Made by a program: the position numbers and the translations under genes
Shown: piece after piece, positions 8,911 through 18,616 of the stretch
Numbering within the stretch: the first letter of the stretch is position 1
Layout: every line of letters begins with the position of its first letter
Assembly (NCBI GenBank): GCA_965200315.1
Contig: OZ241362.1
Span: 2,304,001 to 2,368,000 of the forward strand
Direction: 5' to 3'
Source: Candidatus Latescibacterota bacterium
GTDB lineage: Bacteria > Latescibacterota > UBA2968 > UBA8231
DNA length: 64,000 bases
Notes under the pieces: generated by a model
The model's input: the letters and a program-made list of their open reading frames with translations, nothing else
Told to the model about the DNA's origin: nothing
Databases searched by the model: none

Positions 8911-9645
8911 ATGATGGTACGGTTCGGTGGGTGGATGTGTTCCCTAGTGATGTTGGCAGGATGTGGACGTTATTTTGACGGGCCAATTCAGCCAGCTCCG
9001 CAGGGACAGCAAGAGGCCGATATGGTGATTAAAGACGATGGCTTGATCACCTATTCGTTCGAGCGTCTGGAGATCGGTCTGCGCCCCATGACCGACGCCG
9101 AGTTGAACCGCAAATTCCCACAGCAGTCCACGCAAGGGGCCGTATCGACCAATCCCTATACTTTCGGCAACTGGAAGCGCATGGGCGAAGAGTGGATGCC
9201 GCCCAAATACAGCGTATGGCTGCTAAAAGTTAAAAATTACGCCTACCCCAAAGTCGGCGTCGATCCCCTCAAAATCGCGCTAGTTTCAAAGGATGGGTAT
9301 CGCAAGTACACACCCTTAGAACCGCTGCAGATCCTGGAATACTACTATTCGTTTATTCAGGGATATGCCGGCAACGAATACCGGCGTTTTAACGAGCGCG
9401 AAGATATGCTCAAGCGCACTATGTTTCAGGAGCAGAGCATCTTCAGTGGCCAAGAATCAGAGGGTTTTGTCGTTTTTCCGAGCCTCGCACCCGACGTGAA
9501 GGAGTTTTCTATCCACGTCAGGGGCATTGCATTGCGATACAATTACCGCGACGAGCCCGTGGAGACTAAGGATCTAACCTTTCACTTTCAGCGCGAGGTG
9601 TTTAAGGGGTTTAAGCCACCGCCCGAACTGGTGAATAAGCAATGA
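8911..9645 (+). CDS. Hypothetical lipoprotein
   Basis: ATG after GAGG; lipobox LAGC; overlaps the next gene. Confidence 0.75.
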   Translation: MMVRFGGWMCSLVMLAGCGRYFDGPIQPAPQGQQEADMVIKDDGLITYSFERLEIGLRPMTDAELNRKFPQQSTQGAVSTNPYTFGNWKRMGEEWMPPKYSVWLLKVKNYAYPKVGVDPLKIALVSKDGYRKYTPLEPLQILEYYYSFIQGYAGNEYRRFNEREDMLKRTMFQEQSIFSGQESEGFVVFPSLAPDVKEFSIHVRGIALRYNYRDEPVETKDLTFHFQREVFKGFKPPPELVNKQ

Positions 9646-11549
9646 TGGTTTCCTTGCGGCGAATAGCTTCGGTCGGACTGATCCTGTCGTTCTGTATTGG
9701 GACGACGGAACTGCGAGCCGATGTCTGGGGGATCGGCCTAGGTGGGCAAGCCTGGGAGGAGCCGACGCAGACTATGGCGGGGGTAGTCGTAGGTGAAGGA
9801 CAGGCTCTCGGGCCGGCCAGCTTTTCACTTGAGCAGAATATAACTCAGTTCATCGTCTGGGGAGTCGGCGCGCCCAGCAGCTTTATCGCCGAAGGCAGCG
9901 GACGGGTGTGGAACAATTCGGCGCGGGGCATTGAGGGATCTGAGGTTCTAGTAGACGGGGATGGCACGACCAGCACGGAAAATCGCTTTAAGGAAGTGGG
10001 GGTCAATCAGCGCGGACGCATTTTTTTTCTCGATCTCGGGGCTTCGTTTCCAGTTAGCCAAGTTGTTTTTTATCCCCGTGAAGGAGAGGATGAATTCGTC
10101 GCTAGCTACGAGATATCACTCAACGACGGGCGTACTTTCGACGCCAATGACTCGCCCGTTTACAAAGCTGTTCGCCAAGTGACGATTAACCGCGATCCAA
10201 GAGTGGATGTGCGCTTCCCAACACAACTGGTGCGCTTTATGCAGCTCAGAGTACTTTCACCCAACCCCTTTGAACTGGCGGAAATCGAGGTACACGGCGA
10301 AGGCTTTGTACCGCGTGGGCTCTACGAAACACAGCTCATCCAGTTTGCCCGGCCTGTCAACTACGGCTCATTGACTTTTCGCGCACACAAAGTTTCGCTG
10401 ACCGAGGAAGGTGAAAGTAGCGCAGGCACCGATGAGCCAGTACGGGTGATCGTGCAGATGCGCAACGGCGTTGACGAAACGCCTCTCGACTACTACCAAA
10501 TCGCCGACGTAGAGACCCAGTCGGAAGTGCTGGTTAGCAAAGAAGAGTACGAAGACCTGCCGTTGGTCCTCAAGGGCAGTATTCGCCCGGATGCCACTCA
10601 CTGGTCCTCTTGGACGGAACCGCTCATCGCCGACTCCAGCGGCACGTATTCCATTCCGCTGGATCTACCAGGACCGCGCGATTTTTTTCAAGTGCGCCTG
10701 CGCTTTGAGGGCAATACCTCCGCAAGCATGCAGATCGATAGCCTAGCCATCGTGCATACGCCGCCGCTGGCCGCGCTGGCATTGAGCGAAGTGGCCCTAT
10801 TGGACGATCCCTTTCCAGCCGGTGGGCGCACGTCCGTTCCGGCCGGTCGAGATACGGTTTTTACCTACGACATAAAGGCCGACTTGGGAGAGGGAACCGG
10901 CTTTGACGGCGTGCGCATCTCGACGCTGATACAGCCCGAGTTTCTCAAACTGGAAATGGGGCACGAGTTAGAGGAGATACAGCCGGATAGCGTACACGTG
11001 GACGATACGGGCTTGCGCGTTTATTTCCCATCCCGGCGCATTAGCACAGGAGAAGATGTGCGGCTGCGGATTACGTTTCGCTCGCAGGCTCTGCTCTTTT
11101 CCACCCAGTTTATAGGACAGCTTCTGGACACGACGGGCAGCCTTCCCCAGCGCATTGCCGAGGGCGACGCGACACAGGAAGTGGGCACGGATTCGCAGGA
11201 GGTAATTTTCCTCGCCAGCGGCGAAAGCGTGTTGCAGTCCTTTGTCGTTTCTCCACCGGCTATAACGCCCAACGGCGATGGCATAAACGATTCGTCCGTC
11301 TTCTCTTTTGTGCTCATCCATTTGGTGCAACCGGCTGTAGCGGAAATGCTCGTATATGATCTTTCGGGTCGCTTAATAAAAAACGTGCTCTCCGATGAGC
11401 TGATCGCCGGACGTTATACCCAATGGCACTGGGATGGAACGAATAATGCCGGCGATCTGGTGCCACCGGGGACCTATATCGCAAGAGCCTCGATAGAGGC
11501 AGCTGCCGACGAAGTCAACCGCATGCGCCTGATTCACGTGGCCTATTAA
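9642..11549 (+). CDS. Secreted protein, discoidin-like domain + C-terminal FlgD-Ig/CHU_C-like domain (paralog 1)
   Basis: Signal peptide; LDLGASFPV, EIEVHGEGF, WSSW, ITPNGDGIND, YDLSGRLI, WDGTN..G..VPPGTY, ends IHVAY. Confidence 0.8.
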   Translation: MMVSLRRIASVGLILSFCIGTTELRADVWGIGLGGQAWEEPTQTMAGVVVGEGQALGPASFSLEQNITQFIVWGVGAPSSFIAEGSGRVWNNSARGIEGSEVLVDGDGTTSTENRFKEVGVNQRGRIFFLDLGASFPVSQVVFYPREGEDEFVASYEISLNDGRTFDANDSPVYKAVRQVTINRDPRVDVRFPTQLVRFMQLRVLSPNPFELAEIEVHGEGFVPRGLYETQLIQFARPVNYGSLTFRAHKVSLTEEGESSAGTDEPVRVIVQMRNGVDETPLDYYQIADVETQSEVLVSKEEYEDLPLVLKGSIRPDATHWSSWTEPLIADSSGTYSIPLDLPGPRDFFQVRLRFEGNTSASMQIDSLAIVHTPPLAALALSEVALLDDPFPAGGRTSVPAGRDTVFTYDIKADLGEGTGFDGVRISTLIQPEFLKLEMGHELEEIQPDSVHVDDTGLRVYFPSRRISTGEDVRLRITFRSQALLFSTQFIGQLLDTTGSLPQRIAEGDATQEVGTDSQEVIFLASGESVLQSFVVSPPAITPNGDGINDSSVFSFVLIHLVQPAVAEMLVYDLSGRLIKNVLSDELIAGRYTQWHWDGTNNAGDLVPPGTYIARASIEAAADEVNRMRLIHVAY

Positions 11550-11576
11550 TGCCCATTTAAACGAGGAAAACTGAGC

Positions 11577-13526
11577 ATGAAGCACAAAGCGGCGCTGGCT
11601 CTTTTGCTCTTGGCCCCTTGTTTTGCAGAGGCACAGGTAGAGCGATTCGTGCTAGGTACAGGAGATAACGGCTGGGAAGAACTAGCCGAGTTGATGGGCG
11701 GCATGTGGGTCGTGGACGGCAGCCTGCAGCCCTACGAATTGGACCCAGCGGTCAATATCGCGCTGGGCGAGAAGAAGGGCAGTTCGCGCTACGATGTCTT
11801 CGGCAACCCCTGGGGGGGAGAGCGGGCCGGGCCGCAGGCCGCACGCCTCATTCCCGGCCGGCCCGAGGTCCTCGGAGATAACGGCTTTGTCTATACAATA
11901 GACGGCGACACGACTCGGTCAGTAGCCATTGTCTCCGGCTATTATTACTACAACCTAGGTTGGGAATTGCCCATCAATCGCATCCGCTTTTTTTCTCCGG
12001 CGGAAGGACGCACCCAGACCGACGACCGCAAGCGGATCACGCCGGGTTTGCCACTCAAAAACGCCTATCCCAAGCTTTATGAAGTTTGGGCTGCAATTGA
12101 TGGAGAGCACTTCCAACAAGGGCAGTTTGACCTCTTACTGGAACAAAATCTCAACCAGACCACGCGCATCGCCAACGCTCGTTTTCCCACTCAGTCCTTG
12201 CAGTTCATTTTCATAAGCTTCCCGGAACTGGGCGTCATTGCCGAGGTAGAGTTTTACGGCGAGGGCTTTGTGCAAAAATCACAATACCGCTCCAAGGTGA
12301 TCGACATCGGTGAGCCGGTCAATTTCGGGCGGGTCATACCCTATTTCAATGGATTCTACAAAAAGAGCATCGACAGCGAATCCGAACCTTTGGTAGAAAA
12401 TCCCATCTCCTTTTCGCTGGAAACGCAAACCGGCCGGGACGATACGCCACGGGTTTACACTATATACACCGAATTGAGGACCGAACGCGAAGTGAGTTTT
12501 GCCGAATGGGACAAAGCACCGTACGATGATTATGTGCGCCCTAGAGCTCGGGGGCCGGAACGGCCCGACGTGGACAACTGGAGCTTCTGGTCGGTGCCAC
12601 AAGAAACGTCCGCGGACGCAGGCATAGAGATCCTTTCGCCAGATAATCGGCAGTATCTCAAAATCAACTTCACGATGGAAAGCGAGGATTTGTTCACCTA
12701 TGGCCGAATGGATTCGCTGGTCGTAGAATACTCGACTCTGCTGGCCGATGCGGTCGTCGGAGAGATCGCATTACAGGACGAACCACAGCCGCCCGGGAGC
12801 AAGACGGAAGTACTCTTGGGCGAGGAGCACATTTTCACTTTTGACGTGCGAGCCGGCTTTGAGTCGGAGACCAAGCCGGGTTTTGACGCCTTAAGGCTGC
12901 AAACCCCGGGCCGCGTTCAGTTTATAGGACTGGAAATGGGTGACCCCTTAGTCGCTGTGGAACCCGACAGCATCGCGGAAAAACGGGGCGAGTTGATCGT
13001 CTATTTTCCATCCAATCGCATCACGCTCGATGACAATAGGCCGCTGCGGCTGCTGTTCAAAACGGGCGTCTTCAGTTTTAACGCCCTGTTTCAGGGCGAG
13101 ATATTTGTCGTCGGGGGAGAAGGACAGCCCCAATCTATCGATCCGGGAGATGCCAACGCGGAGGTATCGACCAATTCCATCGAGGTGCTGGCACCGAGCG
13201 AGGGGTTAGATGTGCTGAGCGCATTGGATGTGGGATCGACCGTAGTGACGCCGAATGGCGACGGACGCAACGACACGTTTGAACTAGCCTATTCACTGCT
13301 GGGCGTCCAAGCCAGCCAAGTGGTCTTTGAAATCTACGATTTGCGCGGACGCAAAGTGCGAACGATATCGGCCGCTTCCAGAAGCGAAGGGCGTTATGTC
13401 GAAGAGTGGGATGGGTGGGGAGAGGGGACGGGACTCGTAGCTCCGGGCCTATACCTCGCCCGCCTTTCCGTCGAGACGGACGCGGGTGACTTCACGCTTA
13501 CGCGCACCATTGCGGTGGCCTACTAA
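11577..13526 (+). CDS. Secreted protein, discoidin-like + FlgD-Ig/CHU_C-like domain (paralog 2)
   Basis: Signal peptide; EVEFYGEGF, WSFWS, VTPNGDGRND, YDLRGRKV, WDG, PGLY, ends IAVAY. Confidence 0.8.
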   Translation: MKHKAALALLLLAPCFAEAQVERFVLGTGDNGWEELAELMGGMWVVDGSLQPYELDPAVNIALGEKKGSSRYDVFGNPWGGERAGPQAARLIPGRPEVLGDNGFVYTIDGDTTRSVAIVSGYYYYNLGWELPINRIRFFSPAEGRTQTDDRKRITPGLPLKNAYPKLYEVWAAIDGEHFQQGQFDLLLEQNLNQTTRIANARFPTQSLQFIFISFPELGVIAEVEFYGEGFVQKSQYRSKVIDIGEPVNFGRVIPYFNGFYKKSIDSESEPLVENPISFSLETQTGRDDTPRVYTIYTELRTEREVSFAEWDKAPYDDYVRPRARGPERPDVDNWSFWSVPQETSADAGIEILSPDNRQYLKINFTMESEDLFTYGRMDSLVVEYSTLLADAVVGEIALQDEPQPPGSKTEVLLGEEHIFTFDVRAGFESETKPGFDALRLQTPGRVQFIGLEMGDPLVAVEPDSIAEKRGELIVYFPSNRITLDDNRPLRLLFKTGVFSFNALFQGEIFVVGGEGQPQSIDPGDANAEVSTNSIEVLAPSEGLDVLSALDVGSTVVTPNGDGRNDTFELAYSLLGVQASQVVFEIYDLRGRKVRTISAASRSEGRYVEEWDGWGEGTGLVAPGLYLARLSVETDAGDFTLTRTIAVAY

Positions 13527-13567
13527 ACGGGTTGCGTATAAGCACTAAACGCTGTCGAGGATGTACC

Positions 13568-15886
13568 ATGAGAAAATTCGCTGCGATTCGCCTTTTGCTC
13601 GTCGCCACCCTGTGTGCAGCAGGTGCCTATGCCGATGAACTCCGCCTGAGCCGCCCGGCGGACTGGCAGACGTGGACTATTCCCAAGGGCACACTGGAAA
13701 TTGCCGACGACGGCAGCATCAGTCTGGCGTGGATGCGCCGCGATATAAACGCCGTGGCCGATGCTGCAGAGTTTTCCCACAGCGAAGGCAAGAAACAGGT
13801 TTTTGGTGGTATCCGCCGAGTCAATTCAAACCCCCAAGATGCGGCTAATATTATGGACCAAGATCCATCGACTTGGTGGCAGCCATCTGCCGATGATCTG
13901 CTAGATGATTGGTGGATCGAAATCGACCTCGGGCGGCCGGTATTGGCGCGCAAATTGCGCTTTATCTTTCCGGACACACCCGACGCCAAGCCCTTTCGCA
14001 ATTTCACGACTTACATAAGTAATGGTGTAGATACACGTTATGGCGTGACCTACCACCCGGTCGCCATCACCACAACACCCAATGTAGAGCGCGTTTTTGA
14101 GGTCGATCTGAAACGAATTGAGTTGGGTCTGGCCAGCGGAGAACATCTCATAGAGCAGGATACGCTGGATTTTAACCTCGTCCACCACGTGCGCCTAGTG
14201 CCCATGGAAAAGAATCCAAGCGCAGCACTAGCTGAGATCGAAGTGGATGCACTGGGAGATAATCTCGCCATAGGTACAGTGGAACGGGGCGGGTCGGTGC
14301 GAGCAGGGCGGAGCGAAGATAAGATCGGCACGATCTTCGATGGAGATGTCAATACCAACTGGCGAGCGGCCGTCGGTGGCGACCAAGCCAAGGAAGGCAA
14401 TCTCAGGACCTACGTCGAAGACGGCGATTGGTTTGAATGGGATCTGGGTGCCACGTTCTGGGTAGACCACCTTTCCCACCTAGACCTAACTGTCGGAGAC
14501 GGGGAGGGGTCTCGTGGCTCCCACGGGCACGGGGCCAAGCTATTTATCCTCACCACCTCGGATGGCACACCGGCCAGCGGCCTGACCAGCGACCGCATTC
14601 GCAGAAATTTCGACTACCAAGAACTCAGCGACGTATTCAACGATAGGTTCCCCAATCAACAGTCGTATCACTTTGCATTCCCGCTGCGGAAAATTCGCCA
14701 TATCTTCTACCACCGCAGCGGCATTCCGACGCGCCTGCAGATCCGCCAGTCTATCTTTGAATACATACTCTATGGCGAGGGGCACGTAGCGGCGACGGAA
14801 ATAGTGTCGGACTTCATCGACTTGGGCTCCATGAAGAGCGTACGCAAGCTGTCGTGGGACGCCGATTTACCCGCCGGTACGCAGATCGAAATTCGCTCAC
14901 AGACGGGCAATACCTTTGAGCTCCAGAAGAAGTACTACCACAAAAACGGCACGGAACTGGATTCGGCCCGTTTTGGCAAGCTGCCCAAGAGCGTACGTGG
15001 GCGCATCGACACCCTCAAGCTCAAAGGACCGGATTGGAGCGGCTGGAGCCAGCCTTACGATTTTCCCGCAGAGGCATTCCTCTCGCCTACGCCCAGACAA
15101 TTTCTGCAACTACAGGTTCGGCTGGCCAACGACGACCCACAGCTAACACCGGTACTGCGCTCCCTGACCCTAGAATTCGACGATCCGCTCGTCAGCGGTG
15201 GCATTGCTGCACGCATATTGCCGCGCGAGGTCGGACTAGATTCGCTACAGCGCTTTACGTATTTGCTGCAACCGACCTTTGTACGCAACGACCAAGGCTT
15301 TGACGAGGTTTTTATCCAAGTGCCGGGTGCAGTACAAGAGGTTGGCGTCCGAGTCGGTGGACAAAGCGTACAGCCGAGGGAAGTTGAACTGGCGGACGGG
15401 CTGCTAAGAATCGGACTGCCGGAGCGGGTGCGGGAGGATTCGGTGGAAGTGCTGTTTACCGCGCAGGTAACGACCAATGCCACGCTCTTTGAGGCCTGGG
15501 CCGGGGACAGCGAGCAGAATGTGCGCCAAGGCGTCGAACCCTTAGAGCCGCGCTCGATGATCGTTTTTGTGCCCGATGTGTCCGGTGGGAGTTTGCTGCG
15601 CAACGTGCAGGTGACTCCGATAGCTTCGCCCAACGGCGATGGAATAAACGACGAAGCGCAAATCAACTTTATAGTGGTCCAAGTCGAGGGCAATCCCAAC
15701 GTGGATATCTACGACCTAACTGGAGCTCACCTGCGGACGCTCGACCTAGGTGCCGCGGGTTTCGCGTGGGATGGCCGAGACGATGCGGGAGCGGTTTTGC
15801 CGCCGGGTGTGTATATCTGCCGCATCCAGATGGAAGCCGACTCTGGAGACCAGTCGGTATATCGCACCATTAGTTTGGCTTATTAA
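13568..15886 (+). CDS. Secreted protein, two discoidin-like + FlgD-Ig/CHU_C-like domain (paralog 3)
   Basis: Signal peptide from ATG 13568; WIEIDLG, WDLGATFWV, LYGEG, WSGWS, SPNGDGIND, WDGRD..G..LPPGVY, ends ISLAY. Confidence 0.8.
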   Translation: MRKFAAIRLLLVATLCAAGAYADELRLSRPADWQTWTIPKGTLEIADDGSISLAWMRRDINAVADAAEFSHSEGKKQVFGGIRRVNSNPQDAANIMDQDPSTWWQPSADDLLDDWWIEIDLGRPVLARKLRFIFPDTPDAKPFRNFTTYISNGVDTRYGVTYHPVAITTTPNVERVFEVDLKRIELGLASGEHLIEQDTLDFNLVHHVRLVPMEKNPSAALAEIEVDALGDNLAIGTVERGGSVRAGRSEDKIGTIFDGDVNTNWRAAVGGDQAKEGNLRTYVEDGDWFEWDLGATFWVDHLSHLDLTVGDGEGSRGSHGHGAKLFILTTSDGTPASGLTSDRIRRNFDYQELSDVFNDRFPNQQSYHFAFPLRKIRHIFYHRSGIPTRLQIRQSIFEYILYGEGHVAATEIVSDFIDLGSMKSVRKLSWDADLPAGTQIEIRSQTGNTFELQKKYYHKNGTELDSARFGKLPKSVRGRIDTLKLKGPDWSGWSQPYDFPAEAFLSPTPRQFLQLQVRLANDDPQLTPVLRSLTLEFDDPLVSGGIAARILPREVGLDSLQRFTYLLQPTFVRNDQGFDEVFIQVPGAVQEVGVRVGGQSVQPREVELADGLLRIGLPERVREDSVEVLFTAQVTTNATLFEAWAGDSEQNVRQGVEPLEPRSMIVFVPDVSGGSLLRNVQVTPIASPNGDGINDEAQINFIVVQVEGNPNVDIYDLTGAHLRTLDLGAAGFAWDGRDDAGAVLPPGVYICRIQMEADSGDQSVYRTISLAY

Positions 15887-15915
15887 TGCTCAGCGGTAAA
15901 AAAGGGAGGGAACAG

Positions 15916-18570
15916 ATGGGCCGGAAGTTTTTCGGTGCCCTGCTAACAGGTTGCCTTTTGGCAGGTGGAGTATTAGCCGAAGGCATGCAATCGGGCTTTC
16001 TCAACCCCTATGTCACCAGCGGTGTGCGGATATCGCCCCAGACCATCACGCCGACTATGCGGAAATGGTATCTGCCCCAAACGCTCTACGATATTTACGG
16101 GTGGAAAAACTGGGAGTACACCAACTACGCCAAGGATCGCTACGAGCGCTATACCGACATCGTCCTACAGGGTCAGCGCTTTTACGATATCTACGGAAAT
16201 TACATCACGCGCGGCTGGAAGATCTACGAGTGGGCGCAGCAGCACCCCACGGAAACAGGTAGCGCGATCGACAAGTCTGTAGAGTTCAACAACTGGTTCA
16301 ACAACTTAGTCATTTCAACGGCGTCGCAGGGCCAATATCACATGGCGTTGACCGTGGGCGAGCAGCTAAGGACGACGCTGACGCCGATGACTCTTTCCAA
16401 ACCGCTATTCAACGGCTTGCAGTGGGATTTCCTTTCCGATAAATACGCCCTGACGCTAATCGCCTCGCGCACAGACAACCCCGCCCTGGCGGCTACGGCG
16501 ACCAACCGCGATCAAGGGGCCACAGTGCGCACGATCTTCACCAATCTGGTTGGCCTGCGCGGCACGGCCCAGGTCGGAGACTTTATCAAGCTGGGCACCA
16601 CCTATGTCAACGCCGGCCACTGGAATAGCTCGGAGAGCTTCGGCAACAATTCTCTCAAGGGCACGCTCGGCGGCAACCTGCAAGCGGGCAACGTGCAGCG
16701 CCTCCTCGTGCGTCTATCCGACGATTCGCCCGAGGACAGCGAGGGGGGCGCATTGCTCTTTCTGCACCGCGTGTACATAAATGGCGTAGAGCATCCCGAA
16801 ATTTCCGACCGGGCACTGGTAGATGGCGGCATCCGGCGGCAGGGGCGCTGGGAAGCCAGCGGCGGCAACAACATCATCATTACCTACGACATCGAGCGCG
16901 ACTTCACGCCTATTCCCGGCGAAGACGAGATCATCGATTTCAAGGAAATCAAAAAGATCGAGATCGAGCTGGTCCTGGCCAATGACTATGCCGTTGAAGT
17001 CACTTCCAATATGCAGGTCAACAACACGGGCGAACCCGTATTTTTACCCGTCACCCGTGCGGAGAAAAACATCAAGGACGGCTCCAACCAACGCGTGGTG
17101 CGCTTTAGCTACGGCTTGCCGACGGCCAACGAAGTCGCCGGTCTCACCATGGAAATCGACGATCTCTTCGGCGGATTTAACTTGCGCGCCGAATACAATA
17201 TCAACCGCAAATACCGCCGTTTCCCCAACCAGAACTTTACCTACAATCAGGCCCTCGGAAAAGAGAGCGCGGAGGGCTACTATGCAACGGCCTCGCACAA
17301 TATGTACCCGTGGTTTGCTTATGGCGAAATTTTTAGCATGGACCCGGGCTATCAAACATTCATGTTCGTGCCCGACAGCAACGGGCGCATCAACTACGAA
17401 AGTGCTGTAAACAACGTTTACGAATTCGTGGACGACAACGATGACCAAGACCGCTTCCCCGACTGGCGTAGGCGCGCCTTTAGCAGTTCCTCGTCGGAGC
17501 GCTTGCTGATCCAGCGAGCTGATGTGGCTGTCTTTCCCGGCTACGACGAGAACAACGACTTAGTGTCGGACTTCAACCAAAACGACAACGGCATGCCGGA
17601 TTATTTGGAGCCCTTTGTGCGCTACGATGTCGATCCGCTGGAATTTCTCTACGGCACGGACATGAACAACAATACAGTGATCGACCGCTTTGAGAACGAC
17701 GAGGAAGCGGACTACCCGTATCCACGCGACCACCGCGGTTACAACTTCTACGGTGGTGCCGAACTCAAACCGGGCAGCCGCATAATGGTCGGTCGCCTGC
17801 GCGAGCGGCTACTGAGCAGCAATCGCCGCAACCAGTCGCTTTATGGTCTGCTGACGCTGACTCACGAGGTGCCTCGCCACGGTTTGCAGATGCAGCTCTA
17901 CAATGGTCTTCGCCGCGTCAAGGACAATATCCCCGAAGACATCATTCTGTGGGTGCAGAGTCCGCGCACGCGGGGCGATATGCGCCCATTCGTCGATCCT
18001 ATGATCGCGCAGGATGCGCTGATCAACACCTCCTTTCTGAGTGCGCGTACGCGCAAATATGCCCCGCTCAATCTAGAAACCAAGCTGAAGTACGAGATAT
18101 ATCACCAGCGCGGAGACCAGCAGCCGGCAAATTGGCAGGACGAAAAGCTCTTCGCGCTGATCACCAAAGCGGACCTGCCCATTCCGGTGGGTAAACACGT
18201 GCTGTGGCCTAGGTGGAAACAGCTCTACAAGCGGCGCTCACCCACAGATAAAAATGAGCTGGAGAATAACGAGCTATCGGAAATTTTCTTCTTCGTGTGG
18301 CAGCAGGAGCTGATCAGTACGATGCGCCTAGAGTCCGGCATCGAGTACGAGATTTTCAGGAATATGGTCGCACACACTGATCCACTGCCCGCCGGATACG
18401 TGGACGATTTTGAACAGTTCGTGATTGCTGCACAACTATCCAATCGCTCGGACTATCTGGGCTATCGCCTAATGACCAACATCGGCGGACGCTGGGAGCG
18501 GCGAGATTTCCGCGACGAGACGACGACGGATCTGGTGCTGTTTCTGAGCATGTTTGCCGGATTGCAATAA
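15916..18570 (+). CDS. Large secreted hypothetical protein, putative outer-membrane beta-barrel with Asp-rich Ca-binding insert
   Basis: GGAGG RBS, signal peptide, amphipathic strand pattern in C-terminal third, DDNDDQD / DENNDLVSD / DMNNN motifs. The fold is inference. Confidence 0.65.
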   Translation: MGRKFFGALLTGCLLAGGVLAEGMQSGFLNPYVTSGVRISPQTITPTMRKWYLPQTLYDIYGWKNWEYTNYAKDRYERYTDIVLQGQRFYDIYGNYITRGWKIYEWAQQHPTETGSAIDKSVEFNNWFNNLVISTASQGQYHMALTVGEQLRTTLTPMTLSKPLFNGLQWDFLSDKYALTLIASRTDNPALAATATNRDQGATVRTIFTNLVGLRGTAQVGDFIKLGTTYVNAGHWNSSESFGNNSLKGTLGGNLQAGNVQRLLVRLSDDSPEDSEGGALLFLHRVYINGVEHPEISDRALVDGGIRRQGRWEASGGNNIIITYDIERDFTPIPGEDEIIDFKEIKKIEIELVLANDYAVEVTSNMQVNNTGEPVFLPVTRAEKNIKDGSNQRVVRFSYGLPTANEVAGLTMEIDDLFGGFNLRAEYNINRKYRRFPNQNFTYNQALGKESAEGYYATASHNMYPWFAYGEIFSMDPGYQTFMFVPDSNGRINYESAVNNVYEFVDDNDDQDRFPDWRRRAFSSSSSERLLIQRADVAVFPGYDENNDLVSDFNQNDNGMPDYLEPFVRYDVDPLEFLYGTDMNNNTVIDRFENDEEADYPYPRDHRGYNFYGGAELKPGSRIMVGRLRERLLSSNRRNQSLYGLLTLTHEVPRHGLQMQLYNGLRRVKDNIPEDIILWVQSPRTRGDMRPFVDPMIAQDALINTSFLSARTRKYAPLNLETKLKYEIYHQRGDQQPANWQDEKLFALITKADLPIPVGKHVLWPRWKQLYKRRSPTDKNELENNELSEIFFFVWQQELISTMRLESGIEYEIFRNMVAHTDPLPAGYVDDFEQFVIAAQLSNRSDYLGYRLMTNIGGRWERRDFRDETTTDLVLFLSMFAGLQ

Positions 18571-18616
18571 CGCCTGACAAATCTGCCTTTGTGCAGTCTG
18601 ATGTCTGCACCGATTA

